Assembly: GCA_049970495.1 (NCBI GenBank)
Contig: JBMFMV010000034.1
Span: 1 to 19,770, forward strand
Source: a bacterium
GTDB lineage: Bacteria > DUMJ01
Reading direction: 5' to 3'
Length of the DNA: 19,770 nt
The translations under genes were made by a program, and so were the position numbers. The notes beneath the pieces are model-generated. The model had not been told where the DNA came from. It did not search any database and worked only from the letters and a program-made list of their open reading frames with translations. Positions 1 through 8,526 of this stretch are shown piece after piece (position 1 is the first letter of the stretch; every line of letters starts with the position of its first letter).

Positions 1-32
1 CTGTCAAGGTGCGATTCGCTTTTCGCATTCTA

Positions 33-62
33 AGTATACTATATACCCTTCCCTAAAGTCAA
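33..62 (-). promoter_or_regulatory. Sigma70-type promoter firing leftward out of the window
   Basis: The - strand reads TTGACT (62..57), an 18-bp spacer, then TATACT (38..33). Confidence 0.5.
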
Positions 63-136
63 TACCCCGTATGAGTTACATACATTTGAGACTCCGGATT
101 ACATTTTAACATATAATCAATATTCTGAACGATATA

Positions 137-145
137 TGGTATAAT
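137..145 (+). promoter_or_regulatory. Extended -10 promoter (TGnTATAAT) for the FIST-GGDEF gene
   Basis: TGGTATAAT at 137..145 ends 6 nt before the ATG at 152. There is no Shine-Dalgarno in between. Confidence 0.6.
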
Positions 146-151
146 TACCTT

Positions 152-2236
152 ATGAGAGTTGGTTTTGGGTATAGTACGCTAGAAGATTCATATAGCGCAG
201 GATTCCAAGCAATTAAAGACGCAGTTTCTAAATCTGGAGAACCATCAATTATTATCCTTTTTAGCACCTTTAATCATGATCCACAGGAAATATTTAAGGG
301 AGTAAAAGAAGTAGCTAAAGATTCAAAGCTAATAGGTGCGACCAGCGAGTGTATTATTGTCAACGATATGTTAATCTCAAAAGGTGTAAGCGTACTTACT
401 GTTAGCGGGGATGATATAAAAGCAGTAACCTTCTCTCAATGTAAAGAATATAGAAACGATAGCGACCTTGGCAAAATAGCTGGAGAATCGCTCCTAAAAA
501 GTAATATAGAAGAAGGATTAGTTATAATATTCTTTCCTAATGGACTTATAGATGTCTCTAAGATGCTCTATGGATTATACAATACTATGGGACCAAGATT
601 TAAGTATGTTGGTGGAGGGTGTAGTCATAGCCCTAAGTCTTCTAATATTTACACCTTTACAGAGAAAGGAGTTAATAAAGGATCGCTAGTAGCAGCTCTT
701 ATTAGTGGTTTGGAATTCTCTACTACCACAGGGCATGGATTTGATAGTATCAAGGAACCCCTAATAATAACCGAAACTCATAAGAACAAGATCACAGAGA
801 TAGATGGTATACCTGCTATTGATGCTTATATAAAAAGATTTGAGGTTAAACAAAATAGAGACCTCCTCCCTCAGATAGTTCTCCATCCATTAGGTTTTCC
901 TAATCTTTCTGGTGATTATGTTATACGTGATCCCGTAAGGATTTACAAAGATGGAAGTATAGAATTTCCAACTGATATCCCTAAAGGTGCAGTAGGATAC
1001 GTTATGCAAGGAAGGATAGATAAGCTTACTAAGAATACTAGTTTTTTATCTAAAGAGGCTATAAAAGGGGTCTCTGAACCAAAATTTGCGATCATTTTTG
1101 ATTGTATCTCTAGACATTCCCTAATGAAAGACAAATTTAAATTAGAATTAAAGGCGATTAAAGATGCTATAGAGAAAGATATCCCTATCACTGGCATGTT
1201 AAGTTGGGGAGAAATTGGCTGTTATAAATCTTCTCCAATGTATCACAATAAAACTACAGTTGTAGCAATTGCAGGTAGAGGACAAATCGATAAAGAGATA
1301 TCAGAAGATAAAGTAAGAAAAAGAGCCAAAATTCTAAATGCCGAATTATCAATTCTTCACGAGATAGCATCATTTTCCTTTTCAGGCTCAGAAGGAAGAT
1401 TTGCACAAGAATCAATAGAAAAGACAATAAGACTTTTTGGAGCCAGACGGTCTGCTCTTATAAAGAAAGTAAATGATGGATATAAACTGTTATCTGCTTG
1501 GGGTTTTCAAGATGTCAATGGGGCACTAGAAGTTACAAAACAAAATTCTCTTAATAGAATACACTTTATGTTAGGTAAAGATGGGAGATATGGAATCCTA
1601 TTCCTAGAGATGGATAAACCTATAAGAGAGCAAGAAAGGCGTATCTATACGATATTTGCCAAGAGACTAGAAGAAATGCTAGGTATAATAGAGGCTATTA
1701 ATCAAAGGGTTAATGCAGAAAGGATTCTTAGAAAACTAGCTCTCACTGATGAATTAACGAAACTTTATAACAGAAGAGGTTTTCTTTTACTTGGAGAACA
1801 GTATATAAAACTTACCGAAAGACTAAAGCGTAAGGCTATTTTACTATATATGGATGTAGATAATATGAAATGGATAAATGACAATTTGGGCCATAGCGAA
1901 GGAGATAAGGTTTTGGTAGAGATTGCCTCTATACTTAGAAAGACATCTAGAAAGTCAGATATACTAGCCCGTATAGGTGGCGATGAATTTGTATTTCTAG
2001 GACTAGAGACTGGTAGTAACAGTTACACCGCATTAACAAGAAGGATAAACGAAAGGATTGAAAATAGAAACAGAAAGAGTCGCTTGCCTTATAAACTTTC
2101 ATTAAGTATAGGGGTAGCGGTCTATGACCCCAATAATCCTTCTTCTTTAAAAGAATTGTTAGAGAAGGCAGATAAAAACATGTATGAAGAAAAAAGAGGG
2201 AAAAAGCTAAGGAAAAATGCGCCAAACGATGATTGA
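152..2236 (+). CDS. FIST (NosP-like) sensor diguanylate cyclase: FIST_N + FIST_C + short GAF-like linker + GGDEF
   Basis: 694-aa ORF. The N-terminal ~375 aa carry FIST motifs (LIGATS, YVGGG, ITEIDGIPAIDAY, HPLG, DCISR, GMLSWGEIG, YHNKT). The C-terminus has TDELTKLYNRRGF, MDVDNMKWINDNLGHSEGD, an RKSD I-site five residues before GGDEF, SLSIG and ADKNMY. No transmembrane segment is evident. Confidence 0.9.
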   Translation: MRVGFGYSTLEDSYSAGFQAIKDAVSKSGEPSIIILFSTFNHDPQEIFKGVKEVAKDSKLIGATSECIIVNDMLISKGVSVLTVSGDDIKAVTFSQCKEYRNDSDLGKIAGESLLKSNIEEGLVIIFFPNGLIDVSKMLYGLYNTMGPRFKYVGGGCSHSPKSSNIYTFTEKGVNKGSLVAALISGLEFSTTTGHGFDSIKEPLIITETHKNKITEIDGIPAIDAYIKRFEVKQNRDLLPQIVLHPLGFPNLSGDYVIRDPVRIYKDGSIEFPTDIPKGAVGYVMQGRIDKLTKNTSFLSKEAIKGVSEPKFAIIFDCISRHSLMKDKFKLELKAIKDAIEKDIPITGMLSWGEIGCYKSSPMYHNKTTVVAIAGRGQIDKEISEDKVRKRAKILNAELSILHEIASFSFSGSEGRFAQESIEKTIRLFGARRSALIKKVNDGYKLLSAWGFQDVNGALEVTKQNSLNRIHFMLGKDGRYGILFLEMDKPIREQERRIYTIFAKRLEEMLGIIEAINQRVNAERILRKLALTDELTKLYNRRGFLLLGEQYIKLTERLKRKAILLYMDVDNMKWINDNLGHSEGDKVLVEIASILRKTSRKSDILARIGGDEFVFLGLETGSNSYTALTRRINERIENRNRKSRLPYKLSLSIGVAVYDPNNPSSLKELLEKADKNMYEEKRGKKLRKNAPNDD

Positions 2237-2261
2237 CAGGATCTTTAAGCTGTGATATAAA
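2233..2261 (+). promoter_or_regulatory. Sigma70-type promoter for the + strand ABC importer operon
   Basis: TTGACA at 2233..2238 (overlapping the upstream TGA stop), a 17-bp spacer, and TG-a-TATAAA at 2253..2261. A second TATAAT lies at 2262..2267. Confidence 0.65.
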
Positions 2262-2321
2262 TATAATTGTTGCTATGTAGTACTCGTAAAGGAAGGAGGG
2301 ATGACCGGAGAAAAGTTAAGT

Positions 2322-2359
2322 AATCTTATCTAGAATAAAAAATCTTATAAAAATCTTAT
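2322..2359 (+). repeat. Three direct copies of AATCTTAT in the 5' leader; possible operator
   Basis: Exact 8-mers at 2322..2329, 2341..2348 and 2352..2359. Confidence 0.5.
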
Positions 2360-2429
2360 CAGGTCCAGTAACCCTTTTAATAGGGAGTTTGTATCTAATA
2401 AACAGAAACTAACTACAAGGAGGTTTAAG

Positions 2430-4334
2430 ATGAAACGAGTTTTGATAGGTTTAGTAATTTTAAGTTTATTGACAAGTTTACTTTTTAATTTTGGGAGTGT
2501 CTCTTTTGCTCAGAAGAAGTATAACGAAGCCCCGATGTTAGCAGAATTAGTAAAGGCAGGCAAGTTACCGCCAGTAGAACAGAGGCTACCAGAAGAACCA
2601 CTAGTCTACAAAGAGGGGGAAGAGGTCCTTGCAGGAGATATTAAGTTAGAAATAGGGAAATATGGTGGGACCTTAAGAATAGTAAATCCTGGGGCTCCAG
2701 GTGGTGGAGAATGGTGGGCTATTAGTAGAGAGCCACTATTAACACAGTCAGGTTTAGGAGAACCTGGGAAAAAGCCAAGAGGTAATGTTTTTAAAGGATT
2801 TGACATGTCTAAAGATGCAAAAATCTTTACCTTTTATCTTAGGAAAGGGATGAAGTGGTCAGACGGTGAACCTGTCACTACTGATGATGTTCGTTTTGCC
2901 TATGAAGATGTATTATTAAATGAAGAGCTTACTCCTGTATTTCCTGTCTAGTTAGCAAACGCCGACGGAACTCCTTTCAAGTTAGAGATAGTTGATAAGT
3001 ATACTTTCCGTGTAATATTCAAGAATTCTTATGGACTATTTCCTTATACACTTAGCTTGCACTGGCAGACATGGGATTCTGGTCCCTTACTTCAGCCTAG
3101 TCATTATATGAAAAAGTTCCATGCTAAATACACCCCAATAGAAAAGTTACAACCCTTACTAAAAGAGAATGGGCTTGGAGAGAAAGAATGGGCAAGACTA
3201 TACTGGCTTTATGCATGGAGTAGCTGGGGTCTAGGTAAGACTAAAATTGGATGCCCAACTCTAGCACCTTATGTATTAGTCGATATGCCAACTGCTCAAG
3301 TAGCTATATTAAAGAGAAATCCTTACTACTGGAAGGTCGATACTGCAGGGAATCAACTCCCATATATAGACGAAATTAGGGCTGATACAGTAACCAGAGT
3401 AGATATGCTTCCCATGAAGATTATGGGCGGAGAAGTAGACCTAGCAAGACAGGCTGTATCTATAAAAGAAGTTGCTCTATATAAAGAGAATGAAGCTAAG
3501 GGTGGGTATAAAGTAAAATTACTAAAATTCCACTGCCCAATACCAATCACATTTAACTACAGTAATCCAGATGCTGTATGGCGAAAGATTATCTGGGATC
3601 GTAGATTTAGAGAAGCATTAAACCTAGCTATAAATCGTAAAGAAATAATCGATGCAGTCTATAATGGGTTTGCATCCCCGTCTAGAGTAACCCCTAGTGA
3701 GTATAATCCTACTAAGGCTAATCAGATACTTGATAGTATGGGTCTCAATAAGAGAGATGCAGAAGGTTGGAGATTAAGACCTGATGGAAAGAGGATGGAG
3801 TTACTTATAGAGACTAGTGCTCCATCTACAGACTTTATACCTCTATGTGAGTTATTAGTAGAAAACTGGAAGAGCATAGGAATTTACACCACTATGAAAT
3901 ATGTAGATTCTTCTCTCCTAAGTCAAAGAGTACAGGCAAATCAGACACAGGTTGTCGTCAGCACCTGGTTTGACTTACCTGTAATAGAAGGTAATCCTTA
4001 CATGATAGATTGGGTAGTTCTAAACGATAGGGCAAAGATCTCTGCAGGATTCTATGATTGGTACACCTCTTTTGGTAAGAAAGGGATGGAGCCACCTGCT
4101 GCATTTAAGCCTATCTTTACACTATATGGGAAAATGAAATCTAGTACAACTCCAACTGAGATAAAGAAGTACTTAGAAACTTGGAAAAAGACTATTCATG
4201 ATACACTATTCTTGCTAGTTCCGGTAGAAGACATAATGATACCTCTAATTGTCAATGAAAAACTAGGGAATGTTCCTGAAAAGGGTTATCAGATCCTAGG
4301 TAATTTTGGTGGAGAAGTTCTATTTTATAGATAA
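2430..4334 (+). pseudogene. Family-5 (OppA/DppA-like) ABC solute-binding protein, probably for oligosaccharides, interrupted by one in-frame TAG at 2949..2951 (634 codons if read through)
   Basis: SD AAGGAGGT at 2417..2424 and a Sec signal peptide (…SFA/QKK). Family motifs: GKLPPVEQRLP, GKYGGTLR, FTFYLRKGMKWSDGEPVTTDDV. After the TAG the same frame stays open (LANADGTPFKLEIVDKYTFRVIF…) and joins ORF 3057..4334 (KRNPYYWKVDTAGNQLPYIDEI, FREALNLAINR). Confidence 0.85.
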
Positions 4335-4350
4335 AAAAATAGACCTTACA

Positions 4351-4386
4351 ACTCCCGGATGGTAGAAGTTTCTATCATCCGGGAGT
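4351..4386 (+). terminator. Long intergenic hairpin after the SBP gene (mRNA stabiliser or partial terminator)
   Basis: ACTCCCGGATGGTAGA-agtt-TCTATCATCCGGGAGT: a 16-bp stem with one G-U pair and no strong U-tract. Confidence 0.7.
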
Positions 4387-4414
4387 ATTATCCTGAAAGG
4401 ACGGTGGTTATGAC

Positions 4415-5419
4415 ATGCTTAGTTATATAATTAGACGGCTTTTATTGATTATCCCTCTATTAGTTGTCCTTTCTATAGTATCTTTTATTATAATTCAATT
4501 ACCTCCAGGAGATTATCTAACCGTCTATTTAGAACAACTTAGAAGGTCTGGAACTTTAGTTAGCGAAGAGACCATCGCGAGACTAGTCAAGGAATACGGG
4601 TTAGACAAACCAATTTATATGCAATATTTTATATGGATGAAAAACATTATAACTCAAGGGAATTTTGGACGTTCTTTACAGTGGAATAGACCTATAAATG
4701 AACTTATTAAAGAACGATTGATTTTAAGTGTAGTCCTTTCTCTATTATCTATAACTTTGACCTGGTTAATAGGGATTCCCATAGGAATATATTCAGCTAT
4801 ACGCCAGTATTCAACTTTTGATTATATTTTTACTTTCATAGGATTTATTGGACTTTCTGTCCCTGGTTTTCTTTTGGCTTTAATAATTATATGGTTTGCC
4901 TATTCACGGTTTGGCTTAATGGTCACAGGACTTTTCTCTCAAGCGTATGTCGATGCCCCATGGAGTCTAGCAAAAGTAATTGATATGCTTAAGCATATAT
5001 GGGTACCAGTAATAATAATAGGTATGGCTGGAACTGCTGGCCTTATTCGTACGATGAGAGCCAACCTATTAGATGAGCTCAGGAAGCAGTATGTTATAGT
5101 GGCTAGAGCTAAAGGATTACCTGAAAGAAGATTACTTTTTAAATACCCTGTCCGTATAGCTATAAATCCTATGATAAGTACTATTGGTTGGACTTTACCT
5201 TCTATTTTCTCTGGAGAAACTATCGTTTCTATTGTCTTGAATCTACCAACTATGGGACCCTTATTTATGCAAGCATTACTAGCTCAAGATATGTATCTTG
5301 CAGGAAGCTTTGTATTAATAGCAAGTTTTCTTACTCTAATTGGAACCTTACTTTCCGACATCTTGTTAGCATGGGTAGATCCTAGAATTAGATATGAGAA
5401 CGTTGGTGGTGGAGGCTGA
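4415..5419 (+). CDS. Opp/Dpp-family ABC transporter permease (OppB/DppB-like)
   Basis: MLSYIIRRLL start, LPPGDY, YGLDKP..QYFIW, GNFGRS, EAA loop (ELRKQYVIVARAKGL), C-terminal DILLAWVDPRIR. Confidence 0.92.
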   Translation: MLSYIIRRLLLIIPLLVVLSIVSFIIIQLPPGDYLTVYLEQLRRSGTLVSEETIARLVKEYGLDKPIYMQYFIWMKNIITQGNFGRSLQWNRPINELIKERLILSVVLSLLSITLTWLIGIPIGIYSAIRQYSTFDYIFTFIGFIGLSVPGFLLALIIIWFAYSRFGLMVTGLFSQAYVDAPWSLAKVIDMLKHIWVPVIIIGMAGTAGLIRTMRANLLDELRKQYVIVARAKGLPERRLLFKYPVRIAINPMISTIGWTLPSIFSGETIVSIVLNLPTMGPLFMQALLAQDMYLAGSFVLIASFLTLIGTLLSDILLAWVDPRIRYENVGGGG

Positions 5420-5426
5420 TAATAAA

Positions 5427-6563
5427 ATGGCAGAATTTAAGGATTTTCAAGAAACTGAATATATAAGTGAAAAGGAAGAATTAGAAGAAATATGGTTTGC
5501 GTCTCAATGGAAATTGATATGGTGGAAATTCAGAAGGCATAAATTAGCAATATTCAGTATGTATATTCTTGCCCTCTTGTATATATTGGTTCTTTTCTGT
5601 GAATTTATAGCTCCTTATAATCCATGGAGACGATTTGAGGATTATAAAAATGCTCCTCCTCAGATAATCCACATCTATAATAAGGAAAATGGAATTCAGC
5701 GTCCATTCGTCTATGGCTTAAAATCAGAAATGAATATGGAAACCTTTCGCAAAATGTTTGTAAATGACCCTTCAAGGAAATATCGATTACGTCTATTTGT
5801 AAAAGGGGATAACTATAAACTTTGGGGGATATTCTCTGGTAATCTTCATCTTTTTGGCTCAGAAGAAGGACCAGTTTTCTTATTTGGGACAGACGAATTA
5901 GGAAGAGATATCTTCTCTAGGGTTATCTACGGATCCCGTATATCTTTGACTATAGGCCTAGTTGGAGTATTTTTAAGCTTTCTAATTGGTATAATTTTAG
6001 GCGGGATATCTGGATATTTAGGTGGAACAGTTGATGAAATTATTCAAAGAATAATAGACTTTCTCATATCAATTCCATCGATACCTCTATGGATGGCATT
6101 GTCTGCTGCCGTCCCAAGAGATTGGCCTGTGACTAAGACTTACTTTACTATTACCATAATTCTTTCTGTTATAGGATGGTGTGGTTTAGCAAGAGTTGTA
6201 CGTGGGAAATTGCTAAGTCTAAGGGAAGAAGACTTTACTATGGCGGCTAGATTGGCAGGTGCAAGTGAATGGAGAATAATAACAAGACATCTATTACCAT
6301 CATTTACCAGCCATTTAATAGTGTCTATAACTCTTTCCATACCTGGAATGGTTTTAGGCGAAACTGCTTTAAGTTTTCTAGGTTTAGGATTACAGCCTCC
6401 AGCGATAAGTTGGGGTGTACTATTACAGGATGCCCAACAGGTTTTAGCTGTTGCACATTACCCTTGGCGCCTTATTCCCGCTGCATTTATCATCCTAACT
6501 GTTCTTTGTTTTAACTTCCTAGGTGATGGATTACGTGATGCGGCTGATCCATACGCAAGATAG
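5427..6563 (+). CDS. Opp/Dpp-family ABC transporter permease (OppC/DppC-like)
   Basis: WWKFRRHKLA, LFGTDELGRDIFSRVIYGSRISL, EAA loop (REEDFTMAARLAGAS), FNFLGDGLRDAADP. The start is more likely ATG 5427 (GGAGG at 5411..5415) than the ORF-track start 5394, which overlaps the upstream permease. Confidence 0.92.
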   Translation: MAEFKDFQETEYISEKEELEEIWFASQWKLIWWKFRRHKLAIFSMYILALLYILVLFCEFIAPYNPWRRFEDYKNAPPQIIHIYNKENGIQRPFVYGLKSEMNMETFRKMFVNDPSRKYRLRLFVKGDNYKLWGIFSGNLHLFGSEEGPVFLFGTDELGRDIFSRVIYGSRISLTIGLVGVFLSFLIGIILGGISGYLGGTVDEIIQRIIDFLISIPSIPLWMALSAAVPRDWPVTKTYFTITIILSVIGWCGLARVVRGKLLSLREEDFTMAARLAGASEWRIITRHLLPSFTSHLIVSITLSIPGMVLGETALSFLGLGLQPPAISWGVLLQDAQQVLAVAHYPWRLIPAAFIILTVLCFNFLGDGLRDAADPYAR

Positions 6564-6575
6564 ACAAAAAACTTA

Positions 6576-7550
6576 CTAACTATATAACCAACACTTAACC
6601 CAATGTTTATCTCTTATTTCTAATTCTGGAGGTCTTTCTTTAAAACATATATCCTTTGATTGAGAACATCTTGGTGCAAACCTACAACCTATTGGAGGAT
6701 TTACTAGGTCTGGTGGTTCGCCAGGAGGCACCTCTTTAAGTACATTCCTATTTTCTGGGTCTGGATCAGGTATTGCATTTAACAGGGCATTTGTGTATGG
6801 ATGTAGAGGATTGGCGAGTAATTCCTTAGTAAGGGCTCTCTCTACAATCTCTCCTGCATACATAATAAATATCCAGTGTGTAAACATCCTTACCGTAGCA
6901 AGATCATGAGTTATATAGATAAGGCTTGTCTTATGCCTATCCTGCATGCTCTTCAATAACTCCAATATCTCAACCCTAACTGACGCATCTAGCATGGAGA
7001 CAGGTTCGTCTGCTACTACAAGTTTAGGTCTCATAATAAGAGCCCTAGCTATGACAACTCTCTGCATCTGTCCACCACTTAGCATATGAGGATATTTAGG
7101 AGCAAAATCCTCTACAGGGGTAAGCTTTACCTCCTCTAATGCCCGATATATCATATCTCTTCTTTCTGACCTGTTCCCTATATTATGTATTATTAACGGC
7201 TCCTCAAGTATCCTATAGATATTAAAATGTGGAGGCAAGGCACCAAATGGATCCTGCTGAACCAGACCTGTCTCTCTCCTATACCACTTCATATCTTTTG
7301 AATCAGAATTACTTATATCCTTCCCATCAAATATAATCTTACCACTTGTCGGTCTATAAAGTCTGAGTATAGTCTTACCAAGAGTAGTCTTTCCGCTACC
7401 ACTTTCTCCAACAAGGGATACTGATTCGCCGATATTTAATGCAAAGTTCACCCCATCAACTGCCTTGACATATAAAGGTCTAGAGAATAAACCTTTCTTT
7501 ATATCAAACCAAACCTTTAATTCTTCTACTCTAAGTAGTTCGTTATTCAT
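6576..7550 (-). CDS. Opp/Dpp ABC ATP-binding subunit (OppF/DppF-like)
   Basis: Walker A GESGSGKTT, signature LSGGQMQR, Walker B VVADEP, ITHD, HPYT, and a C-terminal Cys cluster (GCRFAPRC…C…C). Confidence 0.95.
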   Translation of the reverse strand: MNNELLRVEELKVWFDIKKGLFSRPLYVKAVDGVNFALNIGESVSLVGESGSGKTTLGKTILRLYRPTSGKIIFDGKDISNSDSKDMKWYRRETGLVQQDPFGALPPHFNIYRILEEPLIIHNIGNRSERRDMIYRALEEVKLTPVEDFAPKYPHMLSGGQMQRVVIARALIMRPKLVVADEPVSMLDASVRVEILELLKSMQDRHKTSLIYITHDLATVRMFTHWIFIMYAGEIVERALTKELLANPLHPYTNALLNAIPDPDPENRNVLKEVPPGEPPDLVNPPIGCRFAPRCSQSKDICFKERPPELEIRDKHWVKCWLYS

Positions 7551-7553
7551 ATC

Positions 7554-8522
7554 TTATCTACCCTCATTTAGATAACATTTTGCAAAATGTCCTTCTTTTA
7601 TTTTGTAAGATGGCGGTTCCTTAACCTTACATATATCCATAACTAATGGACATCTAGGATGAAACCTACAACCAGAAGGAGGATCTATTAAACTTGGGGG
7701 AGATCCAGGGATTGATTTTAGACTCTTATCCCCCCTAAGGGTTGGAACGCTGTCTAGGAGGAGCCTTGTATATACATGTGAAGGATTTTTATAGAAATCT
7801 TCTACAGGACTAATCTCTACTATTTCACCAGCATACATAACCGCCATTCTATCCGCAAGTTCACTTGTAAGTGCTATATCATGGGTAATAAAGATATAAG
7901 TCAAATTAAGCTCTTTTTTTAACATTTTTAATAGATTCATTATATTCTCCTGGGTTATTATGTCTAGAGCAGATGTTGGCTCGTCCAAAAGTACCAACTT
8001 TGGATTTGTAATAAGCGCCATAGCTATAACAACTCTCTGTTTCATACCACCACTTAGTTCAAACGGATATCTTTCTGCAAAGGCAGAAGATATACCAACT
8101 AAACCTAAAACTTCTTTAGCTCTTTTAAAGGCAGATTCCTTATCCATTCCAAAGTGGACCATAAGTGGTTCTGCCACCTGAAAAACTACCTTTAGAACTG
8201 GGTTTAAAGAGTTCATTGCTCCTTGAAAGACCATAGATATTTCTCTCCACCTTATCTCTCTCCTAAATGTTTCTTCATCAAGAAATAGGACATCTTTTCC
8301 GTCTAGGAGTATCTTCCCTTCCACTTTTTTTATATTTCTCGGGAATAGCCTAATAAGTCCACGAGCCAAAGAACTTTTACCGCATCCAGATTCTCCTACT
8401 ATAGCCAATGTTTCTCCTTTTTTCAGGTCAAAGCTAATATTATTTACCGCTTCTACATCCCCCTTTCTGGTTCTATACGAGAGACTAAAATTTTGGACTT
8501 TCAGCAGATCACTATTCTCCAT
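7554..8522 (-). CDS. Opp/Dpp ABC ATP-binding subunit (OppD/DppD-like)
   Basis: GESGCGKSS, FQGAMNSLNP, LSGGMKQR, LLDEPTSALD, ITHD, GCRFHPRCP…C…C. Confidence 0.95.
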   Translation of the reverse strand: MENSDLLKVQNFSLSYRTRKGDVEAVNNISFDLKKGETLAIVGESGCGKSSLARGLIRLFPRNIKKVEGKILLDGKDVLFLDEETFRREIRWREISMVFQGAMNSLNPVLKVVFQVAEPLMVHFGMDKESAFKRAKEVLGLVGISSAFAERYPFELSGGMKQRVVIAMALITNPKLVLLDEPTSALDIITQENIMNLLKMLKKELNLTYIFITHDIALTSELADRMAVMYAGEIVEISPVEDFYKNPSHVYTRLLLDSVPTLRGDKSLKSIPGSPPSLIDPPSGCRFHPRCPLVMDICKVKEPPSYKIKEGHFAKCYLNEGR

Positions 8523-8526
8523 AATC

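Noticed and set aside
69..83. Palindrome GTATG-N5-CATAC
   Set aside because: The arms are only 5 bp and the spacing does not match NikR (N16). It is expected by chance.
2268..2429. c-di-GMP riboswitch, looked for because two DGC genes are present
   Set aside because: No GEMM-I (GCAAA…GAAA…GACGCAAA) or c-di-GMP-II pattern is recognisable here or in the other intergenic regions.
2949..2951. Genome-wide TAG reassignment (alternative genetic code)
   Set aside because: TAG ends other genes at their expected C-termini (permease …ADPYAR* at 6563, aldo/keto reductase …GNKLP* at 13287), and no other gene here has an internal TAG.
3057..4334. Independent 425-aa gene
   Set aside because: It has a TTG start with no SD and no signal peptide. 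It is the in-frame C-terminal part of the SBP starting at 2430.
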